A stretch of 63,455 bases of DNA, filler included, from Octopus bimaculoides (Eukaryota), in assembly GCF_001194135.2 (NCBI RefSeq). It is 8 parts of 7 records of this genome, joined end to end, with 100 filler letters (N's around TTAATTAATTAA, not from the genome) between each part and the next. Parts side by side here need not be neighbours in the genome. Positions count along the whole stretch, not along the records: positions 57,226 to 62,264 come from NW_026394162.1; positions 62,365 to 63,455 come from NW_026350729.1; 6 more parts are not named here. The stretch is one strand, 5' to 3'. Of the stretch, positions 61,651-63,455 are shown one piece after another (position 1 is the first letter of the stretch; every line of letters starts with the position of its first letter). Below the pieces are notes generated by a model, which did no database searches, was not told the DNA's origin, and saw only the letters and a list, made by a program, of their open reading frames with translations. A program made the translations under genes and the position numbers.

Positions 61651-62021
61651 TCAATATTTGTATATTTAAATATACATAACCAAACAATTTCAGTTTTGAA
61701 TTTTAAGTAGGTAATATTTAATACATATTTAAATACCAGATGCTGAACGCTGGTGTTCACACCTGTCAGTTACAAACAGTCCGTTACCAAAATATGAAAA
61801 TATATGCTGTTGTATAGGAAAGCATTGACAATGTCATAGAAGCTCGTAATTAATCACTGGAAAATGCGTTATATATGCAAATCAGATTGTTGGGTTTAAT
61901 AGAGATTTTCTAAATAATCGCCGTTTCTCAATCACTATTTGGTAATTGTGACACAGCCTCTAGAGACAAAGATAATTTTAATAAATTGAAAATTTATGTT
62001 TTATGATATTTAATGCAACTG

Positions 62022-62052
<31 letters not shown>

Positions 62053-62204
62053 GCACTCCGCGTCCCTCTCTTTCTCCTTCCCCTTTTTCTTCTCTCTCCA
62101 TCTATATATAAAAGTATACATATACATACTGTTATACCTCACTTTACGAGGATCCATTTTACGAGATACTGGATTTACGAGTTTTATTTTTCAAACACAA
62201 GATC

Positions 62205-62264
62205 CAAATTTTGAACCCGGAACCATGTGGTTGGTAAGCATGTTACTTACCTCACAGCCACTCC
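62205..62264 (-). mobile_element. SINE family B head fragment
   Basis: ttgaacccggaaccatgtggttggtaagcatgttacttacctcacagccactcc. Confidence 0.75.
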
Positions 62265-63236
62265 NNNNNNNNNNNNNNNNNNNNNNNNNNNNNNNNNNNN
62301 NNNNNNNNTTAATTAATTAANNNNNNNNNNNNNNNNNNNNNNNNNNNNNNNNNNNNNNNNNNNNGAGTTTGCAAATGACCACTATACCGATGGGTAACTG
62401 GGCAGAAAAAATTTACAATCAACAAATGTCTTAGAACAACCAATCACTCATCTGGGAAGGCCTTGAAATCAATGTTACCAACTGGGGCCTATGTGTGACC
62501 CAGTGATAATAAAAAGACTCAAAGGAGGTTTGCAACGAAATAATTTTACTCAACACTTTGCAAGTGAATCCGTGGAGGCAAAGATGCGTCTCATTTACTT
62601 GACAATTTATGCACCACATTGCAGAAATCACAACGTAAGTATATCTGAAAGGATAGTCTTACACTGTTATTACAATTAATGCTCATCTGATATGTTTGGG
62701 TGACCCTATAGCTTCCAGTAGTACAACTGTATTCGTCTTTGCTAAGGAAAAATGACTAAATTGTGGGTGTGAAGTCCCCATGAAGGAGTCTTTGTAACTT
62801 CTAAGAAGAAATTTTAGAAATATTACTTTATTTGTGTGTAATATATATGGTTAAAATTTCATCAACATCAAAAATATATGAATTTTCAGGGGGGGTTATG
62901 GCCATAATGCATAGAATATAATTTCCAAATTTCATAAAGATCCATTCAGTACTTTTGGCGTAGTTTTGGATAAAAAAACAAATGAGTAATGTGTGTTTGT
63001 GTGCATGTGCATGTGTATGTGTGTGTGAGTGTATATATGTATAGATATCTGAATGCATGTATATATATGTATATATGTGTACATATTACATGTACATCTA
63101 TATATATACATCTACACATATGTATGTATCTACATGTATGCATATAGATCTATATATATATCTATACATATACGTGTACATATACATCTATATGTATACA
63201 TGTATACATATACATCTTTCTCTCGCTCTCTCTCTC

Positions 63237-63327
<91 letters not shown>

Positions 63328-63455
63328 ATATATACATATATATGGATACGTTTGTGCAGATATATATATGCAGGTATGTATGTATGTATGCCTGTATATA
63401 TGTGTGAGTATAGTTTCACTGTAGTAGATTCAGTATGAAAATGAAACTATTAAAG

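Noticed and set aside
15286-63424. YIYI, HTHT, CVCV, SLSL, poly-I/N/T/H ORFs
   Set aside because: Translations of microsatellites; no splice or domain support.

Overview
AT-rich, microsatellite-dense eukaryotic genomic DNA, about 10% N gaps. The SINE content resembles tRNA/CORE SINEs known from octopus, so an octopod cephalopod draft scaffold is the likely source (inference, not verified). Only one protein-coding gene is confidently identifiable: three internal plus-strand exons of NADH-cytochrome b5 reductase (CYB5R; 54213-54319, 56410-56539, 57008-57091) with GT-AG sites, compatible phases, and sizes (107/130/84 nt) matching human CYB5R3 exons 4-6 as I recall them. Its other exons were not found. 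The rest is mostly decayed mobile DNA: four short retroposon families, RTE LINE 3' ends, mariner remnants, a DD37E Tc1-like remnant, TTAA-flanked MITEs, and a mariner-5'/Helitron-3' chimera at 34073-35006. There are also simple repeats, local duplications and a few unassigned exon-like islands. Nearly all long ORFs in the supplied track are artefacts of N runs or microsatellites. No rRNA, true tRNA, CRISPR or prokaryote-type system is present, and I cannot establish a new biological system. The best leads are the mariner-Helitron chimera, the DD37E (TRT-like) element, CpG-type decay of a mariner, inverted SINE pairs flanking CYB5R exons, and an AG-free tandem array at a CYB5R acceptor.
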